Shown: positions 25,058-34,576 of the stretch, piece by piece
Layout: every line of letters begins with the position of its first letter
Numbering within the stretch: the stretch's first letter is position 1
Source: a virus
Reading direction: 5' to 3' (one strand)
Length of the DNA stretch: 64,000 nt
Virus record (IMG/VR): IMGVR_UViG_3300037780_000016
Span: 1 to 64,000 of that record
The notes under the pieces: generated by a model
Told to the model about the DNA's origin: nothing
Databases searched by the model: none
What the model saw: only the letters and a program-made list of their open reading frames with translations
Position numbers and translations under genes: made by a program

Positions 25058-27012
25058 TGTTCGTAGACAAGTCCCTGAACGTCGAGGCGAAGCGGCTGGC
25101 GGAAGCCATGCTGAAGGTCTCCCAGCATCTCGGCCCCCGGATCGGGAAGGCTCACGAGTGGGCTGCCGAAGAGTGTATCGAGAACGACAACCCGTGGCCC
25201 CTCTTCCACCTCCGGATGCTGAACAAGTTCCCGGTGCAGATCGAAGAGTTTCTGGACAGCCCGGAATTCCTCGGTGGTCAGGTCCAAATCTGGCCGAAGC
25301 TGCGGGAAGAGATCATCGCCATGGCTCCGGACGTCTGGACTGGGGCGACGCACAATCACGAAGTCCTACTCGGCGGTGCGACTGGTACGGGCAAGACGAC
25401 CATGAGCTTCGCGCTCAATGCGTACCACTGGTATCTGACGACCTGCCTGAAGAGCCCCCAGCGCTATTTCGGCATGGCGTCGGTGACCGACATCGTGTTC
25501 GCGTTCATGTCCGTGTCGATGAAGGTCACGGAGCGAGTGATCTATGGCCCACTGCGTAAGGCCATCGAGAACATGCCGTACGCGAAGAAGCACACCAACT
25601 GGGACCGCTACACGACCCGGGAGATGAAGTTCTCCAACGGTGTCCGTCTGGTGCCCATGCTGGCGCTGCACGAGGCGATCCTCGGCCAGAACATCATCGG
25701 CGGCATGATCGACGAGATCAACTTCATGTCGATCATCGAGAAGTCCAAGCAGGTGGCAGGTGCCCGGGGCGAAGGCGGCTTCTACGATCAGGCCGAGATC
25801 ATCTACAACGAGACATCACGTCGTCGTGAGCGTACCTATCAGACGCCGGGCATCAACATGGGTGCTCTGTGCGTCCTGTCCTCGACCCGATACGAAGACG
25901 ACTTCATGGACCGCCGTATGCGCGAGGTACAGCAGGGGGACACGAAGAAGAAGTCTGGCGTCTACGTCTTCCGCAAGCGACGCTTCGACGTGGTGCCGTC
26001 GGCGAACCTGTCCAAGACCAAGTTCAAGTTCCTCGTGGGCTCGGCAGACTATCAGCCCATGATCATTGAAGACGGCATGGTCGAAGGCCGGGACTACCCC
26101 GACGGCGGCACGATCATGGAGGTGCCGGACAACTTCCTCGACAGCTTCGAGCGTGACCCGGCGGGTGCCCAGCGAGACATCCTCGGCGTGGCGACCGACG
26201 CGATCAGCCCGTTCATCACGAACCGCGTGAAGATCGTGGACAGCATCATGCGCTGGCGGGAGCGTGAGCAAATCCTGTTCGTCAAGAAGCAGAATGTGAA
26301 CTACGGCAAGGATGGCATGCCCGCCGTGGAAGAAGACCTGCTGCCGTACAAGGACGAGATGGAGCGGGACCACTGGGTGCACGTTGACTTGGCCATCTCC
26401 GGGGATAGCTGCGGCATCGCCATCGTCCGGCATGAGGGCTTCTCTGCGGTCAACGACCCTGACGACCCGACCATGGTGCACAACCTGCCCATGTTCACGG
26501 TAGTCGGAGCGTTCGGTATCGAGCCGTCGAAGGCACACCCGATTGAGGTCTCGGCTGTCCGGGACTGGGTGCTTCAGCTCGCCAATTACTGGGGCTTCAA
26601 CATTCGCCAGATCAGCTATGACGGCTTCCAGTCCACGGAGAGCCTGCAACTGATCCGGAAGGCTGGCATCCGGGCGAAGGAAGTCTCGGTGGACCGGACG
26701 GTCGAGCCGTACATGACCCTGCGCGACGCCATCTACCAGAACCGCCTCGACATGGTGGACAACGATATGCTTCGGCACGAACTGTCCACTCTGGAATTCA
26801 ACGCTGAGAAGTCCATCGTGGATCACCCGCCGAAGGGCTCCAAGGACGTGGCCGATGCCGTGGCCGGTGCGGTATTCGCAGCGACGAGCTTCCCGAAAAT
26901 CCGTGCCCAGATCAAATCCTACAAGGCAGACGGCAACCGCGTACGGAGCCCGGGCTTCACCAAGCGGAACGCGAACCGGAACCGCCCGCTCAATCTGGGG
27001 AGGAAGGCGTGA
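25057..27012 (+). CDS. terL: terminase large subunit
   Basis: Walker A GATGTGKT, Walker B GMIDE, nuclease HVDLA, YDGFQS, DHPPKGSKDVADA. Confidence 0.9.
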   Translation: MFVDKSLNVEAKRLAEAMLKVSQHLGPRIGKAHEWAAEECIENDNPWPLFHLRMLNKFPVQIEEFLDSPEFLGGQVQIWPKLREEIIAMAPDVWTGATHNHEVLLGGATGTGKTTMSFALNAYHWYLTTCLKSPQRYFGMASVTDIVFAFMSVSMKVTERVIYGPLRKAIENMPYAKKHTNWDRYTTREMKFSNGVRLVPMLALHEAILGQNIIGGMIDEINFMSIIEKSKQVAGARGEGGFYDQAEIIYNETSRRRERTYQTPGINMGALCVLSSTRYEDDFMDRRMREVQQGDTKKKSGVYVFRKRRFDVVPSANLSKTKFKFLVGSADYQPMIIEDGMVEGRDYPDGGTIMEVPDNFLDSFERDPAGAQRDILGVATDAISPFITNRVKIVDSIMRWREREQILFVKKQNVNYGKDGMPAVEEDLLPYKDEMERDHWVHVDLAISGDSCGIAIVRHEGFSAVNDPDDPTMVHNLPMFTVVGAFGIEPSKAHPIEVSAVRDWVLQLANYWGFNIRQISYDGFQSTESLQLIRKAGIRAKEVSVDRTVEPYMTLRDAIYQNRLDMVDNDMLRHELSTLEFNAEKSIVDHPPKGSKDVADAVAGAVFAATSFPKIRAQIKSYKADGNRVRSPGFTKRNANRNRPLNLGRKA

Positions 27013-27293
27013 TCCATCTGGCCAAGTCCTCCCGCACCGTCATCGTAATGCGCCAAAGACGGCACCTTACGGATATGGAGACGGTGTTATGCGCCATATT
27101 TGTCGCACGTGAACCCGGGTGCATCGTGTCCATGGACGACATCTTGGACGAGATGTATCCGAACCCGGACATGGAACCCCCGAACTCTGTGGCTGTGATG
27201 CGCACCCTGATCATGCGCCTGCGCAAGAAGATCGCGCCGTACCGGATCAAGAATGTGCGGGGTCGGGGTTACATGCTCTTGACCGAGGCATGA
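27009..27293 (+). CDS. stand-alone OmpR/PhoB(CtrA)-type winged-helix DNA-binding domain
   Basis: HLTDME...ILDEMY...LIMRLRKKI...IKNVRGRGYML; no receiver domain. Confidence 0.75.
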   Translation: MIHLAKSSRTVIVMRQRRHLTDMETVLCAIFVAREPGCIVSMDDILDEMYPNPDMEPPNSVAVMRTLIMRLRKKIAPYRIKNVRGRGYMLLTEA

Positions 27294-27371
27294 CACCTAT
27301 GTATAAACCTGCATCCCCGGACTGCGCGGTCCCTGACTGAGTTGCCCTACTACAGTTTCTGCGCTGGCCAT

Positions 27372-27406
27372 GAAGACCCGGTTTCTCTCACGAGGGCCGG
27401 GTCTTC
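27372..27406. terminator. strong intergenic hairpin (no clear U-tract)
   Basis: GAAGACCCGG...CCGGGTCTTC. Confidence 0.4.
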
Positions 27407-27538
27407 GCGTATCAGGACACCGCTTGACTTACAATCTAGGTGTGGTATGGTGTTCTTGATCAGGCCCCCAACGCCTCTCGAAGAAGCGCACCATGGGGGC
27501 TATTCATGCGCGTAAGTTCGAGCTACAAAGGGGACCAT

Positions 27539-28015
27539 ATGGGCAACTACAGACCGGGTGTTATGGACGACGACGATCAAGAGATGGAGTTCCGCGAGGA
27601 GTGCGCCAGCTACGCGCATTTCCATGGTGGGGACTTCTACATTCGCGGGGACGAGTATCATATCCACCTCTCCCCTCCCGCACGGCAAGGTGAGCTGTTC
27701 AACAAGGGCTCCCTGCAAGAAGGTCTCTTGGAGCTGGTCTCCTACCTGAGCCAGACCTCCGAGGAAGACGTCTTCCGTGTCTTGGCTGAACAACCCAGCG
27801 TCTACATGCCCGAGCTGGTCATGCACTGGAACCAGCGCATCGTGTTCCCTGATGGCAGGAGCTACCTCTACCACAACTCGGTGACCGGCGACCTGACCAT
27901 CCAGAGCCGGGACAACGAGATCATCAAGCGCTGGAACGATCTGGAACCTGACAGCATGGCGACCATGGGTCAGATGTTCCTTGCGTATGTCACTCCGTTC
28001 AACGGGTATCACTAG
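27539..28015 (+). CDS. hypothetical protein
   Basis: AGGGA RBS; putative promoter TTGACT at 27424. Confidence 0.7.
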   Translation: MGNYRPGVMDDDDQEMEFREECASYAHFHGGDFYIRGDEYHIHLSPPARQGELFNKGSLQEGLLELVSYLSQTSEEDVFRVLAEQPSVYMPELVMHWNQRIVFPDGRSYLYHNSVTGDLTIQSRDNEIIKRWNDLEPDSMATMGQMFLAYVTPFNGYH

Positions 28016-28027
28016 AAAGGAAACCCC

Positions 28028-28468
28028 ATGAAGGTCCAAGTCAAACGCCTCACCCCGACGGCGGTCATTCCCGCGTACCAATCCGAAGGTGCCGCCGGGT
28101 TCGACTTCCACGCCGATCTGGGCAAAGACCCCGCCGTCTTGATCAACCCCGGGCAGACAGTGCTGGTCGCCACCGGCCTCGCGTTCGCGGTTCCGAAGGG
28201 TTACGAGATGCAAGTCCGTGCCCGTTCGAGTATGGCGCTCAAGAAGGGCCTCACGGTCCAGAACTCCCCGGGCACCGTGGACAGCGACTATCGCGGCGAA
28301 GTTCACGTGATGCTGCACAACAACTCCGGCAAACTGCAAATGGTCAACCATGGTGACCGCATCGGTCAGGGCCTGATCAAGGAAGTCCCTCCGGTCGAAT
28401 TCGAGGAAGTCGATACGCTGGACGAAACGGCTCGCGGTTCCGGCGGCTATGGGTCCACCGGCCAATGA
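28028..28468 (+). CDS. dut: dUTPase (trimeric)
   Basis: AAGFD, RSS, GTVDSDYRGE, RIGQ, RGSGGYGSTG. Confidence 0.95.
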   Translation: MKVQVKRLTPTAVIPAYQSEGAAGFDFHADLGKDPAVLINPGQTVLVATGLAFAVPKGYEMQVRARSSMALKKGLTVQNSPGTVDSDYRGEVHVMLHNNSGKLQMVNHGDRIGQGLIKEVPPVEFEEVDTLDETARGSGGYGSTGQ

Positions 28469-29268
28469 TCGGGGCAGAAGAGCAGTATCTGGCCCTCCTG
28501 CGGACCATCTTCCACACAGGGGACAAGGTCGAGGAGCGAACCGGCGTGGGCACGCGCTCTATTCTGGGCGCACAGCTCCGCTATGACATCTCCGAACGCT
28601 TCCCCCTCCTGACCACCAAGAAGGTCTACTGGAAGGGCGTCGCTGAGGAGCTGTTCTGGTTCCTGCGCGGGGCGACCAACGTGCGGCCCCTACAAGCGAA
28701 GGGCGTCCATATCTGGGACGCATGGGCCGACGAGAACGGTGATCTCGGCCCGGTCTACGGGGCGCAGTGGCGTAACTGGCGCAGCGGCGGGCTCCGGTAT
28801 GATCAGGTGACACACCTGATGGACCAGCTCGAAGTGAACCCGGGTTCACGACGCCATATCCTGACGGCGTGGAATGTGGCCGACCTGAGCAACATGGCAC
28901 TTCCGCCCTGTCACCTTCTGACCCAATTCCATGTCCGGGATGGCAAGCTCTCGGCTCATCTGTATCAGCGGTCGGCTGACATGTTCTTGGGCGTGCCCTT
29001 CAACATCGCCAGCTACTCGCTTCTGGTGTACCTCATGGCGTACAAGCTGGGGCTTCAGCCGGGTGAGCTGATCCACACGTTCGGCGACGTTCACATCTAT
29101 GAGAACCACATGGAACAGGTGAACGAGCAGTTGACCCGCGATCCTCGGCCTCTGCCGACCCTTGAGGTCTCCGGCGAGTTCGATGACCTCTGTGAGGCGA
29201 CCATGGACAATCTCACCCTGACTGGCTACGATCCGCACCCGGCGATCAAAGCTCCGGTCGCAGTATAA
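28465..29268 (+). CDS. thyA: thymidylate synthase ThyA
   Basis: RTGVGT, PLLTTK, EELFWF, LGPVYGAQWR, SRR, ALPPCH, YQRSADMFLGVPFNIASY, HIYENH. Confidence 0.97.
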   Translation: MIGAEEQYLALLRTIFHTGDKVEERTGVGTRSILGAQLRYDISERFPLLTTKKVYWKGVAEELFWFLRGATNVRPLQAKGVHIWDAWADENGDLGPVYGAQWRNWRSGGLRYDQVTHLMDQLEVNPGSRRHILTAWNVADLSNMALPPCHLLTQFHVRDGKLSAHLYQRSADMFLGVPFNIASYSLLVYLMAYKLGLQPGELIHTFGDVHIYENHMEQVNEQLTRDPRPLPTLEVSGEFDDLCEATMDNLTLTGYDPHPAIKAPVAV

Positions 29269-29284
29269 ACGAGGAGGTGACATC

Positions 29285-29602
29285 ATGGGCATCAAAACCC
29301 CTGTCACTGTTGATGGCGTGAACGTCATTGACGCCGAAGGCAAGCGCATCGCTCTGTGCGGTAAGGACGACGGCATCGCCCGTACCGGTCCGGGTATCGC
29401 CAAAGAGATCGCTGCCGCCCTGAATGGCGAAGAGGCTCCGGCCCCTGAAGCCGAAGAAGCCCCTGTCGAGGAAGCCCCGGCAGAGGACAGCTCTGACAAA
29501 GAGCTGGTGACCCGCCCCGACGAGGCTGCGGACGAGGCTGCGGACGAGGCTGAAGAAGCCGAAGCTCCGAAGTCGCGTCGTCGCAGTCGCAAGGGCTCGT
29601 AA
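29285..29602 (+). CDS. hypothetical protein with acidic disordered tail
   Basis: GAGGAGGT RBS. Confidence 0.75.
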   Translation: MGIKTPVTVDGVNVIDAEGKRIALCGKDDGIARTGPGIAKEIAAALNGEEAPAPEAEEAPVEEAPAEDSSDKELVTRPDEAADEAADEAEEAEAPKSRRRSRKGS

Positions 29603-29622
29603 CCTAGAAGGAACTTCTCGCC

Positions 29623-29859
29623 ATGCCCGAGAACAAATTCGCTCTTCGCTCCAAGACCATCTGGGGCGCGATCCTCGCCTTCATCGGCTTCGTCGGTCCG
29701 GCTCTGTTCGGCGTCGAGATCGATCCGGCGGAGATCGAAAACGCCAACGAGATGTTCGCGGCTGCTGCCACGGGTATCTCTGGTGTCGTCGGCTTCGTGC
29801 TGACGATCTGGGGCCGGTTCACTGCCAAAGGCAATGTGACCGCAACCCCGAACTCGTAA
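29623..29859 (+). CDS. small two-TM membrane protein (holin-like)
   Basis: SKTIWGAI...TIWGRFTA, two hydrophobic helices. Confidence 0.55.
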   Translation: MPENKFALRSKTIWGAILAFIGFVGPALFGVEIDPAEIENANEMFAAAATGISGVVGFVLTIWGRFTAKGNVTATPNS

Positions 29860-29867
29860 ACGGGAGT

Positions 29868-29885
29868 GGGGGCTTCGGCCCCCCT
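29868..29885 (+). terminator. hairpin with C(UUCG)G tetraloop
   Basis: GGGGGC-TTCG-GCCCCC. Confidence 0.45.
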
Positions 29886-29930
29886 TCCACCTGACATCCT
29901 GTCACCAACCCCGCGTAGGAGACGGTTCAT

Positions 29931-30410
29931 ATGACCGCAAAACCCACCAAGCGTTCGCGTCCGGCTGCCAAGAAGCCTGCTGCGAAACCCAACAGTGTCG
30001 CTCCCAAGGCCGACCCGAAAGCGGACACCGCTATGTCGTCCGGCACTGTCCCCGCCCCTGCCGCTCAGGCTGAAGGCCCCATGCGCTTCGACAACCCGGA
30101 AGCTCTGGAAGAGTACCGCAAGGACAATCCGGACGTCGGCCTGAAGTATTTCGTCGTCGTCGAGAGCGTCGATGGCGTTTCCGAGCACGCCGCGATCATG
30201 ACCGTCCATGGGGACATGTTCCTCCTGATGGCGGACTATAAGGACCACGGCATTCAGGACTACATCTGTGCGGCTATGAACAAGGCCATGGTTCGCGGCC
30301 ACAAGCTGGGCTTCATGGATTGCCGCCAGACGCTCGCCGCCACGCTTGGCTTCGGCCAAGACAAGGAAGGGAACACCGTCTTCGACCCGACGGTCGGTCT
30401 CAAGGGGTAA
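29931..30410 (+). CDS. hypothetical protein
   Basis: AGGAGAC RBS; basic N-terminus. Confidence 0.75.
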   Translation: MTAKPTKRSRPAAKKPAAKPNSVAPKADPKADTAMSSGTVPAPAAQAEGPMRFDNPEALEEYRKDNPDVGLKYFVVVESVDGVSEHAAIMTVHGDMFLLMADYKDHGIQDYICAAMNKAMVRGHKLGFMDCRQTLAATLGFGQDKEGNTVFDPTVGLKG

Positions 30411-30413
30411 CCC

Positions 30414-30935
30414 ATGAACCGTAGGGAGGGGTGGTATCTCGCGGGAACGCCTTCGCAGCCGAACGCACCCGGGCTGCAAGAGGGCTCCGTATCCGACGTG
30501 GAAGTCTACATCAACCCGCACACCAACCAGTGTGTGGTCGATTACGCCGCCGTCAATGAGTACGGCGTCGAGGTGACCCGGACGATACGGTCCCGTGGAT
30601 GGACCCCTCCCCCCGCCTCTGTCAGCTCTGCCCATATGCAGATCGAGCAGAATATGGACACCCGCCAACGCCGAGTGACGATTGTCGCCCATGTCGATAT
30701 GGACGAGGATTGCCTGATCAGTCAGTTGGAGCACTACGCCCCGGAACGCGTTCAGCAGCAAATGCAGGCTGCCATGAGCCGGGTGTTCGAAGAACTATTC
30801 CCCACCCCTGCGTATGCGCAGCCTGCGACCATGGTTCCCGAGCCTGACCTCCCTGAAGATGCACCTGTGAACCCGGGTTCACCCACGCCGGATGCCCCCG
30901 CTCCGAGCCGGATGATCGACTTCGACGGGGATTGA
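30414..30935 (+). CDS. hypothetical protein
   Basis: Operon position; ends RMIDFDGD. Confidence 0.7.
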   Translation: MNRREGWYLAGTPSQPNAPGLQEGSVSDVEVYINPHTNQCVVDYAAVNEYGVEVTRTIRSRGWTPPPASVSSAHMQIEQNMDTRQRRVTIVAHVDMDEDCLISQLEHYAPERVQQQMQAAMSRVFEELFPTPAYAQPATMVPEPDLPEDAPVNPGSPTPDAPAPSRMIDFDGD

Positions 30936-30977
30936 CATACATTCTGGGATAGGGTATTGTTCTTAAAGTAAGGCAAT
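30932..30977 (+). promoter_or_regulatory. promoter with degenerate early leader
   Basis: TTGACA-N17-TATTGT...AAAGTAAGGCAA. Confidence 0.6.
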
Positions 30978-30993
30978 AACCCGGGGATACAGA

Positions 30994-32718
30994 ATGTTCA
31001 TAGGCATCAAGGTCGGCCAGCGCTCCGACTACTATTCCAGAAATGCAAAGACCCAAGGCTTCAGCGCCCCCTACTGGGCGTATAAGAACTGGGTCTATAT
31101 CGACTTCGACATGGACGACATCATCGGCACGTTTCGTGCTCCTCAAGTGGGGACGATGATGCCGCTGTTCCGCCATGAGAAGGCCCAAGAGATCATCGAA
31201 CTGATCGAGGGGTATGGCTGGCATGTGGACGGTGACCGGTTCTGGCCGGTGGTCGAGGCGGTGGCCATGCGCCAATATCTCGGTAACCGGGACAGCTCGC
31301 ACAAGCAGCGCATAGCGACCCACAAAGAGCGCCCCGGTGAAGGCCGTCGCTTGGTCGGCGATAGCGCCCTCTCGGAGCGGTGGGACAGCGACATTTGCGT
31401 CATCTGCATGTCGGACGAAGAGGCCAAGAGCTTCCCGGCGTGGATGACCTACACACATTGGCGCGGCTATGAAGCGATTATTGTTCAGGCGCAGAGAGAC
31501 CTGCCCAAGGCCACGACGATGCACCCGTCCATGGACAGCAACACCCGAATGCGGTCTCGCACAGGGTGGAGCGACATGGGCCTCGACGCGGGACATCTGG
31601 CCGAATGGTTCGAGCGCCCTCTGGAACGTCGGCATGTCACGCTCTGGGATATGTACAAGCGTGCACGGGAGATCGCGGCGTTCGAGATCGACAAGGGACC
31701 GTCGTCTGACGTGGAGGCCGGTTGCCGCCAATTGGCCAGCCGACCGCTCGCCCGGGAGGCCGTGAAGCAGACCAAACTGTCCGAGGAAGAGTGGGAGCGT
31801 AAGAAAGCCCACACGGTACGGGCAACCACCCGGAAGCGGGGCTTCGACTTCGAGGAGTTGGACAGCCTGCGTGAGGTGACCAGTTCGGCGACCCTGCCCG
31901 AAGGCTACGGCATGGGGTTCCCCGACCGGGTGCTGAACAACTGGAAGACGGTCGCCTATCTGCCTGTGGCTCACGACTTGTCCGGGTTCACCGATAAGAC
32001 CCGCATGCACGAGAAGCGCTACATGGTGGGCAACGGTGGTTACGCCTACCAGAACATCACGCTCCCGGTCAGAACCAAGTCGTTTCCGGCGGACCCTGAG
32101 ATCATCAATCTCAGGAATGTTCAGCGTCATGTGAGCAGCGACAAGGGCAGAGGCCGGGTGATCGCCCGCTTGCAACCGTTCGTCCTGATCGGGCAGGGCC
32201 GGGGCACGAACGAGCCCATCGCTATGATCGGCTACGCGTTCCCCGTGGGTGGTGGCCCGGAAGAGCCGCGCAAGGATTACGTCTATGCGTTGAAAATCAT
32301 CGAACTGGGGAACCTTCCCTCGACCCCGGCCACGGTGAACGTGTACGACCGTCAAGTCCGCCGAGCGTTCACCCGTGCACCGAGGCTGGCGCATGCAGCG
32401 AACATCTGCCTGAACTACCTGCGCGGTCTGGCGAAATCTGTGGAACCTCTTCGGGAGCCCGGTGCCAAGCTGGACAATCCGAGCTGGTCCCGCCGGGGTA
32501 TCCAGTTTGCGGCCCCGCACTTGGGCATGTTCAAGTGGACCCGCCGACGGTACGGCTCCCGGCGTGGGAACGAGCCCTTGAACACTCGTGAGTGCATCCA
32601 GACTTTCGCCAAGGAAGTGTGCGGTCACGGCCTCTTTCGGGAGGTGGAGCGGGAAGAGGAGACCGTGAACCCGGGTGCAAATGTTCCGGTGCGACGGTTC
32701 GAACTCGACAATGACTGA
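30994..32718 (+). CDS. large hypothetical protein
   Basis: 574 aa, no motif recognised; ends RRFELDND. Confidence 0.75.
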   Translation: MFIGIKVGQRSDYYSRNAKTQGFSAPYWAYKNWVYIDFDMDDIIGTFRAPQVGTMMPLFRHEKAQEIIELIEGYGWHVDGDRFWPVVEAVAMRQYLGNRDSSHKQRIATHKERPGEGRRLVGDSALSERWDSDICVICMSDEEAKSFPAWMTYTHWRGYEAIIVQAQRDLPKATTMHPSMDSNTRMRSRTGWSDMGLDAGHLAEWFERPLERRHVTLWDMYKRAREIAAFEIDKGPSSDVEAGCRQLASRPLAREAVKQTKLSEEEWERKKAHTVRATTRKRGFDFEELDSLREVTSSATLPEGYGMGFPDRVLNNWKTVAYLPVAHDLSGFTDKTRMHEKRYMVGNGGYAYQNITLPVRTKSFPADPEIINLRNVQRHVSSDKGRGRVIARLQPFVLIGQGRGTNEPIAMIGYAFPVGGGPEEPRKDYVYALKIIELGNLPSTPATVNVYDRQVRRAFTRAPRLAHAANICLNYLRGLAKSVEPLREPGAKLDNPSWSRRGIQFAAPHLGMFKWTRRRYGSRRGNEPLNTRECIQTFAKEVCGHGLFREVEREEETVNPGANVPVRRFELDND

Positions 32719-32770
32719 GACGTGAGTTAGTTTCGGCCCGAGATTTACCAGCTTAGGCCGAGGCTGCCCC

Positions 32771-34576
32771 ATGTCCGATACCACCGAGCAGAAGAAAAAG
32801 AACACGAAAGCCAAGAACGATCTGTTCAAGGCTGCCGCCAAAGAGCCGATGATCATTCAGGCTTTCCGCGATGCCGAAGGCAGTCAGCAGGTGGACGACG
32901 TGTTCGCGGCCAAGCAAGGTCGGTATGGCGGACAGGTCGGCGAGATGCAGGTCATCAAGCCGCCCTACAACCCGTCCTTCTTGCAGCGCCTGCCTATCGA
33001 AAGCTCGATCCTGCGCCAGTGCATCGACGCCACTGTCACCAACACTGAGGCCCACGGCTATATGCTGGACTTCGATGAGGAGTATTACATCGAGACCGAG
33101 GATGGTGAGAGCACCATCCCCGAGGCGGCTGAGCAGGAAAAGAAGCGCATCGAACAGCTCATGGATTACCCGAACGAGGATTACACGGGACAGGAGCTGC
33201 GTGAACGCCTCCGCCGTGACCTTGAGAACACGGGCAACGCCTACATCGAAGTGGTGCGCAACAAGAAGGGCGAGGTGGACCGGTTCTACCATCTGCCTTC
33301 TGCCACGACCCGTCTGACCTCCAAGGAGAAGACGGCGGTCGAGGTGGACGTATTCCTGCCCCGTTCGGACGGCGACACCAAAAAGGTGCCGAAGAAGTTC
33401 AAGCGGTTCGTGCAGCAGATCGGCACCAAGAAAATCTGGTTCAAGGAGTTCGGCGATCCCCGCAAGGTGAGCTGGGAGAACGGCAAAGCCGCCGAGACCC
33501 TGAAGCCCGAGGACGAGGCGACTGAGATCATCCACGTCCGCCTGTATGACAGCGACACGCCGTACGGCCTGCCCCGGTGGATCAACCAGCTCCCGAACAT
33601 TCTGGGTCTTCGCCAGTCCGAGCTGACGAACCTCGACTTCTTCAAGGACAACGCCATCCCGGCGCTGGCCGTTCTTGTGTCTGGTGGCTCCCTGACCGAG
33701 CGCGGTATGCGTGCTCTGGAAGAAACCCTGACGCAGGTCCGTGGACGTGACGCGGTGAACCGGGTGCTCCTGCTGGAAAGCACCTTCGACGAGGAAGCCC
33801 AGACTGACACGGGCGCGGCCCCTGTCCCGCGTCTGGACATCAAGCCCCTCGCTGGCGAGCGCCAGTCGGACGCGATGTTCCAAGAGTACGAGAACCGCAT
33901 CGCCGACAAAATCCGGTCCAGCTTCCGTCTGGCTCCGCTCTTCATCGGCCTGACCACGGACTACACGTACGCAACCGCCAAGACGTCGTTCGAGGTGACC
34001 GAGAGCCAGCTCTTCGAGCCGGAGCGCCGACGCTTTGACGACATCGTGAACTTCAAGCTCCTGCCGACGCTGGGGGTGAAGTATTGGACCTTCAAGTCCA
34101 AGTCTCCGACCCTGACCGACCCGCAGGACATCGTCTCGGCTCTGAACACTCTGGCGACGACCGGTGCCATGACGCCGAACCAAGCCATCGCCATCGCCAA
34201 CGAGCACTTCAACCTTGAGATCGACCTGATCGCCCATGCGTGGGGCAACTACCCGATGGAAATCGTCCGGATGCTGGCCAACAAGGTCACCCTGTCCGGC
34301 TCCGAGGAAGTCGGCGAGGCTCTGGACAACGCGGTGGAAGACCTCAACGACGAAAGTGAAGAGGGCGCGGAGACCGACGAGACCGCCGTCGAGGAAGGCG
34401 AAGAGGCGGAAGCCGTCGAGCCTGACCCGAACGCGGAGCCCGAAGAGGAAGACGCGAACAAGGTCATGCGCAAAGCGCTTCAGGCTATCGCTGACACCGT
34501 GCGCACCAAGGCAGAGTTCGACGTGCGGACCAACATGACCGTTCGCAAGCGGACCCGCCCCGATGTGCAGCAGTAA
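32771..34576 (+). CDS. portal protein (PBSX/P2-like)
   Basis: TGNAYIEVVRN, YGLPRW, FFKDNAIP, FRLAPLFIG; first head gene. Confidence 0.88.
   Translation: MSDTTEQKKKNTKAKNDLFKAAAKEPMIIQAFRDAEGSQQVDDVFAAKQGRYGGQVGEMQVIKPPYNPSFLQRLPIESSILRQCIDATVTNTEAHGYMLDFDEEYYIETEDGESTIPEAAEQEKKRIEQLMDYPNEDYTGQELRERLRRDLENTGNAYIEVVRNKKGEVDRFYHLPSATTRLTSKEKTAVEVDVFLPRSDGDTKKVPKKFKRFVQQIGTKKIWFKEFGDPRKVSWENGKAAETLKPEDEATEIIHVRLYDSDTPYGLPRWINQLPNILGLRQSELTNLDFFKDNAIPALAVLVSGGSLTERGMRALEETLTQVRGRDAVNRVLLLESTFDEEAQTDTGAAPVPRLDIKPLAGERQSDAMFQEYENRIADKIRSSFRLAPLFIGLTTDYTYATAKTSFEVTESQLFEPERRRFDDIVNFKLLPTLGVKYWTFKSKSPTLTDPQDIVSALNTLATTGAMTPNQAIAIANEHFNLEIDLIAHAWGNYPMEIVRMLANKVTLSGSEEVGEALDNAVEDLNDESEEGAETDETAVEEGEEAEAVEPDPNAEPEEEDANKVMRKALQAIADTVRTKAEFDVRTNMTVRKRTRPDVQQ

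Noticed and set aside
28465-29268. ThyA as a base-hypermodifying hydroxymethylase
   Set aside because: It is a canonical ThyA with the dUMP-specifying PFN Asn, next to dUTPase; ordinary dTTP supply.
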